NCBI RefSeq assembly: GCF_006345805.1
Contig: NC_043002.1
Coordinates: forward strand, 106,516,001 to 106,580,000
Length of the DNA stretch: 64,000 bases
Direction: 5' to 3'
From: Octopus sinensis
Taxonomy: Eukaryota
Shown: in pieces, positions 1-11,837 of the stretch
How the letters are laid out: the number at the start of each line of letters is the position of its first letter
Position numbering within the stretch: the first letter of the stretch is position 1
The notes under the pieces: model-generated
Seen by the model: the letters and a program-made list of their open reading frames with translations, nothing else
Told to the model about the DNA's origin: nothing
The model's database searches: none
Position numbers and translations under genes: made by a program

Positions 1-2991
1 ATTTCTCTTATATTCACCATTTTGTAAGTTGAGGGGACACCCTGACACCTTTTTTATCTTTTTCCAACAGGGGTAACAACACACCTCTATCTATCCCTCA
101 ACCATATTTCATTCTCTCTTCACCAAGCACAAAGCCGCCTCTCTCAAAACTACACCCCACTTCATTTCTGGGTTCTTCTCTTGAAAGTCGCTTGATAACG
201 TCGCTGGTGCCAGTGCCACATAAAAACCCCCCAGTACACTCTGTCAAGTGGTTGGCATTAGGAAGGAGATTCTACATTGGAAACCATACCGAATCAGACA
301 TTGGAGCTTGGCACAATGTTCTGGATCACTAACATCTGTTGAACTGTCTAGTCAGTGCCAGCATGGCGAACAGCTGTTAAATGATGACGATGATGATGTG
401 AGACACAGTTCACTGCTATATATAATCCACCTTACTGTAAAGAGGTAAACCCCACCTAACCTGCACCTCTCTACAAGGATTATGGTGAAATAAAGTTCGC
501 TGTTGTAAGAAATCAACTCAGTTGGAGAGTAAAAGTGCATTTGTTAAGGGAATCAGATACCATAACAAGGTGAAGTCCTCCCAGATGTAACAAGCACTGT
601 ATGACATAGAAGTGGCCGTTTATTTGCACAGCTCAGTTCAAAATCTTCCTGAACAAATTACACTTTACTATCCAGGGAACAAAACCTCTTCATAACTGAT
701 ACAAGCCCAAGTATGTTAAGACATATTTTGCTGGATACAATAGGAGTGAAATAGAAATGAAATAATAACATCATCATCTCCATCGTTTAACATCCACTTT
801 CCTTGCTGGCATGGGTTGGACAGTTTGACTGAGGACTGGTGAGCTAGAAGACTGCACCAGGCTCAATCTGATTTCGCAAAGTTTCTACAGCTGGATGCCT
901 TTCCTAATGCCAACCACTCCGAGAGTGTAGTGGGTGCTTTTACGTGCCACCGGCACGAGGGTCAGTCACGCAGTTCTGGCAACAACCACACTCAAAAGGT
1001 GTTTTTACATGCTACCTGCATGGGAGCCAGTCCGGCAGCACTGGCAATGACCACGCTCGAATGTTGTTCTTCACGTGCCACCAGCACATGTGAGGTATGG
1101 CAACGCTGGCAACAATCACACTCGAATGGTGCTTTTCATGTGTCACCGTCACAGGAGCCAATCCATGGCGCTGGCAATGATCACACTCAGATGTGCTTTT
1201 AAAGTCCCACTGGCATGAGTGCCAATCAGGCAGTATTGTCATCGGCCACGTCAGCGATTTTAATTCATTTACACCTGCCTCAATAGGTCTTCGCAAGCCA
1301 AGTTTATTGTCCAATGAATGAGGTGTATTCATAAGTGGGCTGGTCACACCCCACATTATATATATATATATTGTATCATATAATCTATAACATATACCAT
1401 ATATTAAAGGAAAGATGACCAAATAGTCATGTCTCCAGTCACAGTTTAATAATCAGTTCACCTCGCTGTCAGTAATATACACCAGATCAATATGGTTCAA
1501 CCTCAGTGGCCCCAATCAGTCCACCAGAATAGTGTGGTTTGGTATCAGACCACAGTCCACCAAGCTGTAAGTAAGGTGAACCAGATTCATGTGGTTTACT
1601 TAGATTACATTCAATTTACCAAGCTGTTAGCAATTGACACTCGATCAAAGAGGCTGCATCTCAGATCAGAGTCCATCAATCCATTCACCACTTAGTTATC
1701 AGCAACTGGTACCATATCCATGTGGCTCAGTCGCAGAACACAGTACACCTAGCTGCTAGTAATGTGTATCAGGGCAATGTAGTTCATGATCAGACTATAG
1801 TCCACCAATCAATTCATTTGGCTAACAGACACACATACCAGAACAATACGATTCCAGAGGAGATTACCTCTGTCAGGTTGAGAAATACCCTGACCACCAC
1901 AACAGACAGTGGCTTATTGAATGTGATGGCACAGTACAAGGGAGTGAGATTATTCTGTCAAGCAACATTTTTCTTTGTCCCTTTATAATGAAGTAATTAA
2001 TATAATTAATAAAAATTCTTAATGAAATTTTATTGTACTTCTGTTCTTTTTAACTTTAATATTTCTCCATCACAGAATGGAGACACAGAGAATAAAAACA
2101 AAGAGATATTAGAGAAATATTTGAAATTGTAGAATTATGAGAAGAACTCTTCAACAGATCACAAATGGTTAATGCCTTTATGGTAAGGTTATATCAATAT
2201 GGCATGTATAAAACTATATATATATAGTAAAATGTAGTGGATATCATCATCGTCATTATTTCTATCATTATTGTTGTCGTCATTTTAATGCGTTGGTCCA
2301 TGCTGGCAAGTTTGGTCACATCTACTGTACAGTACCATTTCCATTTTGCATTCTTCTGTAAGACACAAGCCTCGAGATCTAACTGTACCACTTTATCACC
2401 CATCATGGGCCTCATCTACTCACAGAAAACACATTTTCCTCCAGCATTCATCATATATATTTTTGTTTTACTGAACACATCACCGTGCTGGCATGGATTG
2501 GACAAGTCCTCTCTACAATCTAACACCACCTGTTTTAGTCTTTAGTCACCTTGTCTTTGAAATCCAACATCTTGAGATCTAATCTCGTCACTTCATCCCC
2601 AATCTTTGTCCAGCTTCATCTGCAATGAGTGCAGTGCAATGTCAGGAGGAAGCAGCTTTTGCATACATCTTTCATTGTCCATTTACACTACATAACCAAC
2701 AAACACCACCAAATCTCTTCACACACACACACATTCTTGCCACAAGGCAACAAACACAAACAAATAACAGAGTAAATCTTCAGATTATAAAGAATAATAA
2801 ACTCTACACCATGTATTGAGAACTCATTTTTTTTTTTGTTTTGTATGACCAAAATATGATTATACACACAAACATATGTGTACAACTGTTGTTTTATTGG
2901 TTGATCGTTTCTATTCCAAAGGAAGGAATCTTCTCACCAAACATCAATATTTCATTTCTTGCATCAGTGAAGTTTAATGGAGTGAAGTATT

Positions 2992-3022
<31 letters not shown>

Positions 3023-3283
3023 TTGTGTGTGTATACACACACTCACACATGGGTCTATTAGCAACAACATAATATATAATACATATACATAATACATAAA
3101 TGATCTATATAATCCATAGTGTGTGTGTGTGTGTGTGTATGTGTGTGTGTGTGTGATATATAAAACAATAGAAAGCATGACAGCATAACATGAGAGGAGA
3201 ACCAGACGAGCTTGAAATGCCTTCCAAGAGAGACATCTCGCTCCGTCATCCATAAACCGTATGAAAGTGAGCAAATAACTTAC

Positions 3284-3460
3284 AAAGCTCCATCAAAGCA
3301 CCCATATTTGAGTGCCCACCTAACTGAGAAAGGGATTTCTCTAGGTTAGGGGTACTCTTCGACCAGCGCCCGCCAGCAAAGTCAACAGATGTCCGCTGAT
3401 GTCGGTCCTTCTGGACCGAGCTTGGACCCCAAGTCTTGCCTTTAACGCCATCTACTGGAA
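3284..3460 (-). CDS. MLK: MLK exon, post-CRIB region (last exon found in the window)
   Basis: (F)PVDGVKGKTWGPSSVQKDRHQRTSVDFAGGRWSKSTPNLEKSLSQLGGHSNMGALMEL. The KTWGxSS and WSxSxPNL motifs are typical of MLKs. Acceptor ctctgtttcAG, donor GTAAGT. 177 nt, phase compatible. Confidence 0.9.
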
Positions 3461-3540
3461 CTGAAACAGAGAGTTATAAATAACAAAGCTTAACGATATA
3501 TGACACACACACTAGCAGTGGGGTGGAGGATGGAGCAGAG

Positions 3541-3566
3541 AGGGTTAGGGTTAGGGTTAGGGTTAG
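3541..3566 (+). repeat. Short interstitial (TTAGGG)n tract
   Basis: agggttagggttagggttagggttag, with four GGG runs. Confidence 0.9.
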
Positions 3567-3634
3567 ACAAAACGGCATGCAGTTTTAGTATATATACTTC
3601 AACTAAATTCAGAGCACATATTTACGATTGCATG

Positions 3635-4085
3635 TAGACATATAGTTATATACATACATTTATACTGACATAGGTACAAGCAAATTATATATATATATAT
3701 ATACATGTATATATATATATATATACACATATATATATATACATATATACATAGATATATATACATTTATATACACATATACAATATATATACATATATA
3801 TATACATAGACATATATATATATATATCATCATCATCATCATCATCGTTTAACGTCTGCTTTCCATGCTAGCATGGGTTGGACATATATATATACACATA
3901 CATATGTGTGTATATATATATATATATACACATATGTATGTGTGTATATATATATATACATACACATATGTATGTGTGTGTATATATATATATATACATA
4001 TATATACACATATATACATACATGTATATATATATATTTATATATATATATATACACATGTATGTATGTATATATATATATATAT

Positions 4086-4120
<35 letters not shown>

Positions 4121-4212
4121 AATACATATACATACATATATATACATACACATATACTTATACATACACATATATATATACATACATACATACACATACA
4201 CATATATATATT
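3635..4212. repeat. Compound (TA)/(TACA) microsatellite engulfing a family D fragment
   Basis: Direct reading; the family D end lies at about 3828-3882. Confidence 0.9.
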
Positions 4213-4421
4213 TCATGTAACACTAAGAAACAATGCATGGTATCAGAATTTTCAACTCAAACCCAAAATGTAACAAACTGCTTGTCAGAGTATCCGCATT
4301 GGTTGAGTTGAGACCGATCAGTTTGTATTGGCATCAAGTCATATAAGTTGTAATCATGAAATTATATCAAATGATGATATTTTGAAATCATTTCAGGTCT
4401 GCATAATATATACATACATAA

Positions 4422-4453
<32 letters not shown>

Positions 4454-4462
4454 GTGTGTATA

Positions 4463-4525
<63 letters not shown>

Positions 4526-4536
4526 TATGTATATCC

Positions 4537-4887
4537 AAATAAGTAACAAGATTTCAAGTTGCAATGCAGTACAACCATTTCAAGCGGCTCCATTTAACTG
4601 AACAATGCAATCATTACATAAATTTTAAATACAGCGCTCTCTTCAGCTGCACAGATATGGAATTTCAACAGACATGATATATTAATAGAATTTTTCTTAA
4701 GTATTTTAACAGAGCAAGAGAATGGAAGAAATGTAGATTAACATATCTAGTCTGTTGAAATTTCATATCCGTGCAGCTAAAGATAGCGCTGTATTTAAAA
4801 TTGATGTAATGATTGCATTGTTCAATTATAATGGAGCAACCTGAAACGGCTGTACTGCATTGCTGCTTGAAATCCTGTTACTTATTT
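4537..4887. repeat. Fold-back element with ~135-bp imperfect inverted arms
   Basis: aaataagtaacaagatttcaag…caacagac mirrored by gtctgttgaa…cttgaaatcctgttacttattt. A related element lies at 62789-63071. Confidence 0.8.
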
Positions 4888-4985
4888 TGATTTTATTAAC
4901 CCCACTTCAAGCTGTGCGGATAATACCGGACACATTTGGTGCTTCAACTTAAGTTACCTAATTTAACTGAATTTATATATATGTA

Positions 4986-5565
4986 TATAAGGCAAATAAG
5001 AAAACGGAGAGGATAAACAATCGACAAACATCAGACTGTAAACATTCAATTATATCTATTTATTAATTGATTGCAATCACATGTGTAAGCGATCCAAGTA
5101 AATGAATGAAATAAGCCAATAAATACATAAATAAATATATAAATAGAAATAAATGGATAAGGATAGATGAGTGTACAAATACTAAACCCTTACAGCTGTT
5201 TCTACCATGGGGCTGCCAAATCTTCCAAGTTATCCTCATCACGCTAATGACATAAAGGGATGAACAAACATTGGACAGGGGTTGGACAATGGTTGAGCCC
5301 AAGGCTTCATCAGAGAGACCAAATGTAAGGAAACTAACATGTGGGACAGTAAGTTAAAATAATAGAGTAAAATAAAATAAGCCCCAGCATGGCCACAGCT
5401 CATGAGCTGAAACTAGATGAAATAAAATAAAAAAATAAAATAATAGAAATAGTAAGGAATGGTAAGAACTTTATTTTAAGGTGATTAATAAATAGATATA
5501 ACTGAATGTTTAAAGGCTGATGTTTATTGATTGTTTATCCTCTCCGTTTTCTTATTTGCCTTATA
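4986..5565. repeat. Element with ~90-bp inverted termini and hammerhead-like relics, possibly Penelope-derived
   Basis: tataaggcaaataagaaaacggagaggataaacaatc mirrored at 5480-5565. Minus-strand CTGATGA near 5306-5312 and GAAACAGCTGTA near 5191-5202. Confidence 0.6.
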
Positions 5566-5750
5566 AATCCTAGGTAAATTTCTAATTTACCCCACCCATA
5601 CCAAGTATTCAATTGTGATATTGTTCTGCAATAGTAAGCACTTGATTATAAATACATAGGTATACACCCAGTAGTATATTGGATATTTAATATCCTTTAG
5701 GTGGTTGCTTAACCTCTAACTCATACAGATATATAGATATACAATTCTAT

Positions 5751-6230
5751 ATCGTGAAGTATATTTGCCACTTAAATGTGGCTAACCCTTAAGGGTGGAT
5801 GCTACTGTAGCTTGCAGCCTCAGGAAAACATCTCCTCCAGCTGGCTATTGACACACTATCTGTGCCCTATCAGCATTTACAAAGGAAAGTCATCATTCCC
5901 ATCTCCAGCCTGGCATGATACACATGGACCCGAGTTTCTGGGTAGTTACCTATTATCAGCCTGTGACAACCAACGGTTGGTGATGGGAAATGATTCTCAA
6001 TGCAAATATATATACATATAGTTTTTCCAGTGACGAAGTCACTGATCTCGAAAAGGTGGAATAACAAATCTCTGAATGAGGTATAAACAGTAGCTGCACA
6101 ACATCATGAAGTATATTTGTCACATAAATGTGGCTAACCCTTAAGGATCAATGCTACTGTAGCTTGTAGCGCCAGGAAGACATCTCCTCCGACTGGCTAT
6201 TGACACAATATCTGTGCCCTATCAGCATTT
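5751..6230 (+). repeat. ~128-bp imperfect direct repeat (5751-5878 and 6103-6230)
   Basis: gaagtatatttg…gctaacccttaagg…tgtgccctatcagcattt occurs twice. The unit resembles the 10.6 kb fold-back family. Confidence 0.75.
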
Positions 6231-6840
6231 GCAATATATTTACAATGCTTTAACAGAGAAGGGTTTACATAATGGATGCATTTCCGATTATATAGTATCA
6301 TATACTAGTCAAACCTGAAACTTAGGCATTAAATGTTTTCAAAATATCACTTTTTGGTTTCACTTCATTTTTACAACACACACACACACACACACACACA
6401 TGCACACATTTCAATTGTATTGTCATGTAATTTACAATTAATTGTGTAAGAATAAATGAATTTAGCAATACCACATGCTCTACGCCATTATTAGTGCAAC
6501 GGTGTCGCATCATGCAACACTGGTGCTGCAATAGTGTCACACCAAGTTACATGCCATGCACTAACATCATTTCATAAACTCTCAAACCATGCACTGTTTA
6601 GACTAGATCAATCAAGTTTATCAAAGATATTAAGCTCACAGATCAATATATGTAGGTGATACTGCTTGGAGTATCACTGCATCACTCCAATGTCACATGT
6701 ATAACATACCATACACCACTACCATTCCTGTTACATATGTAACACAACAAAACAACATCAGCAATGTGACCCTGATACAGCAGCCCTTTTGTTACACACA
6801 TACCTCATTATAAAACAGTACAGGGGCTAAATAAATAGAT

Positions 6841-6977
6841 ATTTATTTATTAAGCAAGAATACTATTGACAGTGGCTTCAAAGTTTTGGATAGTTAAGCC
6901 ATCGTCAGACTGCCGATAGCTTAAATGGTCAAAACTTTTAAGTCACTGTCAATAATAATCTTGATTCAGAAATAATA
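6841..6977. repeat. Imperfect palindrome of two back-to-back decayed hammerhead motifs
   Basis: Minus arm GGCAGT-CTGACGA-T-GG…CC-AAAAC-TTTGAA-GCC-ACTGTC. Plus arm CTGCCGA…AAAAC-TTTTAA-GTC-ACTGTC. Confidence 0.6.
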
Positions 6978-7029
6978 AAAACAATTTTATAGAGTACAAA
7001 TTTTATTAAACTAAACACACACACACATA

Positions 7030-7284
7030 CAGGGTGGTACAAAAGTAGGTATACAGTTATGAATAAAAGAAAACACAGACAATATTTGTTTATTTTTATC
7101 AAAAAAACTAATTAAAAGTTACACTAAAAGTAATAGTATAGTTATGATAAATATATTATTATGATTACTGACACTGAAAATATCAAAAATGAGATGAACT
7201 AATTTAATGTGCTAATAACCTTAATGAATTAATTATTATAACATTGATGTGATACTTACTGCATACCTACTTTTGCACCCCAAT

Positions 7285-7285
<1 letters not shown>
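7030..7285. mobile_element. Tc1/mariner-type MITE
   Basis: Imperfect TIRs cagggtggtacaaaagtaggtatacagt / actgcatacctacttttgcaccccaatg flanked by TA, with an AT-rich core. Confidence 0.7.
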
Positions 7286-7333
<48 letters not shown>

Positions 7334-7648
7334 CACACACACACATGTATATAGAATACAGGTGTTGGTAGGAGGAAGAGTGGAATGGATATTAAGAGAG
7401 TGAAAGACAGATAGACAGAGAGACAGACAAACAGATGAGAAAGACAGAAATAATGGAAATAGGAAGTAATAAAAATAAAGCCAAAGAGACAGGAAGAAAA
7501 GAGAGAGAACATTGATATAGTAAATGAAATAAGGAGGGGAGAATGATAGGTTGAGGTGATGGAAAGATGAGAAGCCAAATCATATAGGGACATCCAAACA
7601 ACCTCCACACAACCAATCATCAGCACACACACACACACACATATATAT

Positions 7649-7876
7649 ATTTCTTTACTACCCACAAGAGGCTAAACATAGAGAGAACAAACAAGGACAG
7701 ACAAAGGGATTAAGTCAATTACATCAACCCCAGTGCGAAACTGGTACTTAATTTATCGACCCCGAAAGGATGAAAGGCAAAGTCGACCTCGGCGGAATTT
7801 GAACTCAGAACGTAACGACAGACGAAATACCGCTGAGCATTTCGCCCGGTGTGCTAACGTTTCTGCCAGCTCGCCG
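7649..7876 (-). mobile_element. SINE family A
   Basis: Reverse complement of the family A consensus. Further partial copies at about 9440-9620, 15544-15700, 21845-22260, 41513-41840 and 53930-54350. Confidence 0.85.
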
Positions 7877-8028
7877 CACACACATATACAACTGCATGGA
7901 CACATCAGAATCTGCATGATGTATGCTTTTGTGCACCTATTCAGTCGTAGCCAAAGATTACACGACCGCATGCACACACAAAAACACACAATGAAACAAA
8001 AACAAAACAAGCAGAAACGGTCACTTAC

Positions 8029-8148
8029 ATGCAATGGCTCGCAGTCTTAGAGGTGCAGCTTGTTGAGATTGCAGTGGGGGACTGTCAGGATTTGAATAAT
8101 TTTGGTAGGAGGATTGCTCCTGCTGGACAGTGATTTTATGCTGGAAGT
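8029..8148 (-). CDS. MLK: MLK exon, rest of CRIB motif
   Basis: (N)FQHKITVQQEQSSYQNYSNPDSPPLQSQQAAPLRLRAIA(F). Completes the MLK-type CRIB ISVPSNFQHKITVQ and the RLRAI motif. Acceptor ttctgtccAG, donor GTAAGT. 120 nt. Confidence 0.92.
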
Positions 8149-8327
8149 CTGGACAGAATAAATAAAATACACACACATTCATATATAAGTACATGTAAAT
8201 ACACACACAAATATACTTATACGGGACGAATCCTTTTTTTTTCTTTTTGCAGATACTGTTTTCAAGACCCCTAAACTTACTTGTAACTATTTTCATTATT
8301 ACTTTACTTTTCAGGTTGACTCAACAA

Positions 8328-8855
8328 ATGAAAAGACACACTGTAATCTGTTTCTTTATTACCCCACAAGGGGCTAAACATAGAAGGGACAAACAAGGAC
8401 AGACAAACGGATTAAGTCGACTACATCGACCCCAGTGCGTAACTGGTACTTAATTTATCGACCCCGAAAGGATGAAAGGCAAAGTCGACCTCGGCGGAAT
8501 TTGAACTCAGAACGTAACAGCAGACGAAATACGGTTACGCATTTCGCCCGGCGTGCTAACGGTTCTGCCAGCTCACCGCCTTATGAAAAGACACACTGTA
8601 ATCTGTTTCTTTATTACCCACAAGGGGCTAAACATAGAAGGGACAAACAAGGACAGACAAACGGATTAAGTCGACTACATCGACCCCAGTGCGTAACTGG
8701 TACTTAATTTATCGACCCCGAAAGGATGAAAGGCAAAGTCGACCTCGGCGGAATTTGAACTCAGAACGTAACGGCAGACGAAATACGGCTACACATTTCG
8801 CCCGGCGTGCTAACGGTTCTGCCAGCTCACCGCCTTATGAAAAGACACACTGTAA
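8328..8855 (-). mobile_element. Tandem pair of family A SINEs arranged TSD-SINE-TSD-SINE-TSD
   Basis: The 19-mer atgaaaagacacactgtaa occurs at 8328, 8583 and 8837, with two nearly identical SINEs between. Confidence 0.9.
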
Positions 8856-9099
8856 CCATTACGTTAAAAGCACAACATAAGGTTATAGAGATAGTTTGCT
8901 TTCTGAAAGTTGCCCAATCCTGCATTGTCAAAATAAAAAAGCTGCTGATGAGGATACAACACCAGTGGCTAAATGCAAAATGCATGCACAGGGTCCTAAT
9001 GCCATCAGAACACATAACTCCATACAAAGAGTTTGAGAACTATACGATAAAAACCACCCCAGAGAGTCAATCACAGCTATTGCAAAGGACCCAAGGTTT

Positions 9100-9408
9100 C
9101 AGAATAGACCATCAGAAGAGCTGTGAATGAGGACATCAAGTACAAGTTGTATGTGATGTAGAGTGGGGTCAGTTTATGCCAGATGTGACAAGAGAGAATC
9201 ATCTGATCCATGCAAAGGGCTTACTAAATGAGTTAAAACACCAAGAGGCAGGAAGGCTTTGGATTTTCTCCATTGAGAAAAACTTCGATCAGGACGAAAA
9301 GGTAAACCAAAAGAACAACAGATGGTTATGCAGAGACCCGAAGGACATTCTAAAAGTTATGCATACTAAGTTCCCAGCAACTGTGATGGTTCTGGGAGTC
9401 ATCACCCA
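9100..9408 (+). mobile_element. Internal fragment of a Tc1/mariner transposase (maT/DD37D-like)
   Basis: Reads LWIFSIEKNFDQDEKVNQKNNRWLC…VMHTKFPATVMVLGV, a decayed FSDEKxF first-aspartate motif. No TIRs found. Confidence 0.72.
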
Positions 9409-9724
9409 ATAATAATAATAATATTAATGATGATATTAATAATGGTTTCAAATTTTGGCACAAGGCCATCAATTTTGGGGGAGGGGGATAAGTTGATTAC
9501 ATCCCCACCCCGTACTCAACTGATACTTGTTTCATCAACCCCAAAAGGATGAAAGGCAAAGTCGACCTTGGAAAAGTTTGAACTCAGAACGTGCACACGG
9601 AGGAAATACCACTTAGCATTTTGACTGTCTTAAAAATGGCTTCTAATTTAGACAGAAAAACCAAGAATTTCGAGAGAAAGATGGTAATGCAACCAAAGGT
9701 TTACAGGTAGAGTATAGTTACTTT

Positions 9725-9906
9725 AACTAGGATGGCCATAGCTGGAATGCTTTTGATCATTTGTCTGCTCAGTCACAACTGACCTGGGGCTAAACAAGAT
9801 CAACAAAAACCAAACTGCATACAGTCACTATACAATGCAAATAACCAAAGGTCTCTGATCAAGAGTTTCCTGAGACAAGCTGACTCAGGGCTAAACAACA
9901 ACAGCA
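9725..9906 (+). mobile_element. 3' tail fragments of repeat family E ending ggggctaaa(caa)n
   Basis: The motif ctttgatcataggtctgct…gacctggggctaaacaacaac recurs at about 28660, 36830, 39295, 50310, 55720, 55930 and 56430. Confidence 0.65.
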
Positions 9907-9912
9907 ACTTAC

Positions 9913-10156
9913 TTGATGGCACACTGATCGTCTTTCCACCGATGTCAGGTCTGTTTCGAAACATACGGAATTTATCTTTTCTCTTCTTTGGTGTTGGTTT
10001 GTTGATGTCCTGTTGTAGAAACATGACATTCAACTCCCGTTGGACAAGATCAATTTCACGCTCAGCCAGCTCCTGCTCTCGTTTCTTCAGCAGCTCCTCT
10101 TGGATTTTCTGCTGCACTGCAGCTTTGGTCAGTTCCTCTTCACGGTTTCGCAGCTC
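9913..10156 (-). CDS. MLK: MLK exon, second leucine zipper, basic stretch and start of CRIB
   Basis: ELRNREEELTKAAVQQKIQEELLKKREQELAEREIDLVQRELNVMFLQQDINKPTPKKRKDKFRMFRNRPDIGGKTISVPS(N). Acceptor ttttAG, donor GTAAGT. 244 nt. Confidence 0.95.
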
Positions 10157-10316
10157 CTAAAACACACAAACACACACACACAGATGGATACATACACAAA
10201 AAGACATGCATTGTCTCACACACACACAGAAAGAAGAGATACAATGTTAAACTGCCAATATTCAACAATGTGGTTGTGGGGTAAGAACGGGGCGTGGGGA
10301 CTATGAAACAAGACTG

Positions 10317-10577
10317 AGAGTTGCTGAAGCATGGAACAAACTGCCGGCATCAGTTGTTAGTTGTCGGAGCACTGCATCCTTCAAAACTTCCATGCTTTCT
10401 GAGATTCGCCAACACTACACTTGATTTTCTCCCCTCCATACACACACAAGCATGTATCTGACTCATACATTGTTCGTTTTCCAGACATTTCTACAATACT
10501 GCATGTACTTTATATGCACTTTCTGACAAGTTGTGGTGCACCTGAGCACTGTATACAATAGTTTCATTATTATTATT
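10317..10577 (+). mobile_element. 3' end of a CR1/L2-type LINE
   Basis: RVAEAWNKLPASVVSCRSTASFKTSMLSEIRQHYT-stop (WNxLP C-terminal motif), then a 3'UTR and (ATT)n tail. Confidence 0.8.
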
Positions 10578-10641
10578 TTAAGACATACTAGAAAATTACT
10601 ATTTGTAAAATTCACAATGAGAGATATTCAGCAACAGTACT

Positions 10642-10886
10642 TTGGAGTAAAGATTGTTTGCCAACATAACATGGCAGTCCTGGTTTAGGACAAATGTTGC
10701 TGTAATTTAGCCCCAGGAGACATCGTCTCCAGTTGGCTATATGACACAATCTGTGTCCTTATATTTTCGAACACAGATCGTGTTATATAGCCAGCTGGAG
10801 ATGATGTCTCCTGGGGCTAAAATTACAGCAACATTCGTCCTAAACCAGGACTGCCATGTTATGTTGGCAAACAATCTTTACTCCAA
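10642..10886. repeat. Fold-back with ~115-bp arms and a 14-nt loop
   Basis: ttggagtaaagattgtttgccaacataac…tctgtgt / acacaga…gttggcaaacaatctttactccaa, with few mismatches. Confidence 0.9.
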
Positions 10887-11469
10887 GAAAACATACATTA
10901 GCTCTTCACATTTCATCCAGAACCTCCCTAGTAAGCTTAATGCTGCTTTCATCTGATCTTACAACCTACACCACCTCCACCAGCATCACTACTACCACAT
11001 CCTACTTCAACACTCCAAAACACTACATCACAACACCAACTCTGCAACTCAATTCAGACACACCAGAGCATCACATCATCATCCTAACCACACTACTTAT
11101 CACACTCAGCAACAACACACACAGAGCACCACCAGCACCACCACCACCACCACCACTGCTGCTGCTGCTGCCAACATCTCAGTTATCCTCAGAGTGCAAT
11201 AGTTCTGCCGAGTCAGAGATGGCCTGGAGTTTACACAACATCAAGGCACGTGATACACACTGTCACAACAAATAAACATAAACCAAAAGAACCTACAAAT
11301 GGTCACTCAGCTTGCTTGCAATAGCAGCTAAGTCTTACTAAAATTACACTTTGCTCTATTAGAAAAAGAAAAAAAACACAATGAACGGCATTGTAAAGGG
11401 CACACAATGTCTGAAGAAAGCAGACAGTTGGATGTGGCTTGAATACCTGTCATCATAAGTCATCTTGAT

Positions 11470-11820
11470 ATTCTTTGGAAGATGACCAAGAGACAGGAGA
11501 TACACCTTCTTTCCGTGATTCAGAACCTCAAGTTATAGGCAAGTCTGCTCCTGAAGAAGAACCTGTTAGCTCATCGTTACCACCTAGTGACAATAACTCA
11601 ACACCAGAATACAGTCATCAACATCCAAGAAGATCAACAAGACGAAGAAAACCTCCAGACTATTATGTCTCACAACACTGATTTATCTCTGCTCAATTTT
11701 ATTGGGATTTACGTTTTATATTCCATACTTGTTGGGGAGGTGTTATATTGTGTTCTGACTTGGTATCGAACTGAGTTTGGTGACTTTTGCCTTGTTTAGT
11801 AAATGTATTTGTATTTTGTT
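11470..11820 (+). mobile_element. Gypsy-like LTR retrotransposon remnant: pol C-terminus, PPT and start of the 3' LTR
   Basis: Low-complexity tail ending PRRSTRRRKPPDYY, purine tract gttggggagg at 11731-11740, then TGTTATA at 11741. Confidence 0.65.
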
Positions 11821-11837
11821 AATTTTTTAGTTGCAAT

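Noticed and set aside
1492-1988. ORFs with HVVYLDY resembling the RT motif YLDF
   Set aside because: Match too short, no other RT motifs; probably a decayed unclassified repeat.
3660-4311. Many long ORFs rich in YI/HT/CV
   Set aside because: Translations of (TA)n/(CA)n microsatellites. The same applies to similar ORFs at 23, 27, 37, 44 and 50 kb.
8328-8855. CRISPR-like repeat-spacer pattern
   Set aside because: The 'spacers' are two copies of the same SINE, the context is eukaryotic, and there are no cas genes.
7733-8880. Repeated ORFs MRNWYLIYRPRKDERQSRPRRNLNSE
   Set aside because: Antisense reading of SINE family A, not a gene family.
9800-9912. ORF-track extension of the zipper exon (…SKLLLLFSPESAC…)
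   Set aside because: Read-through past a canonical GTAAGT donor into a SINE tail. The CRIB motif continues at 8148.
9911-9915. CRIB Asn (split codon A|AC) as a possible editing-restored Asp
   Set aside because: This CRIB position tolerates D, N or G in known motifs, so nothing needs restoring.
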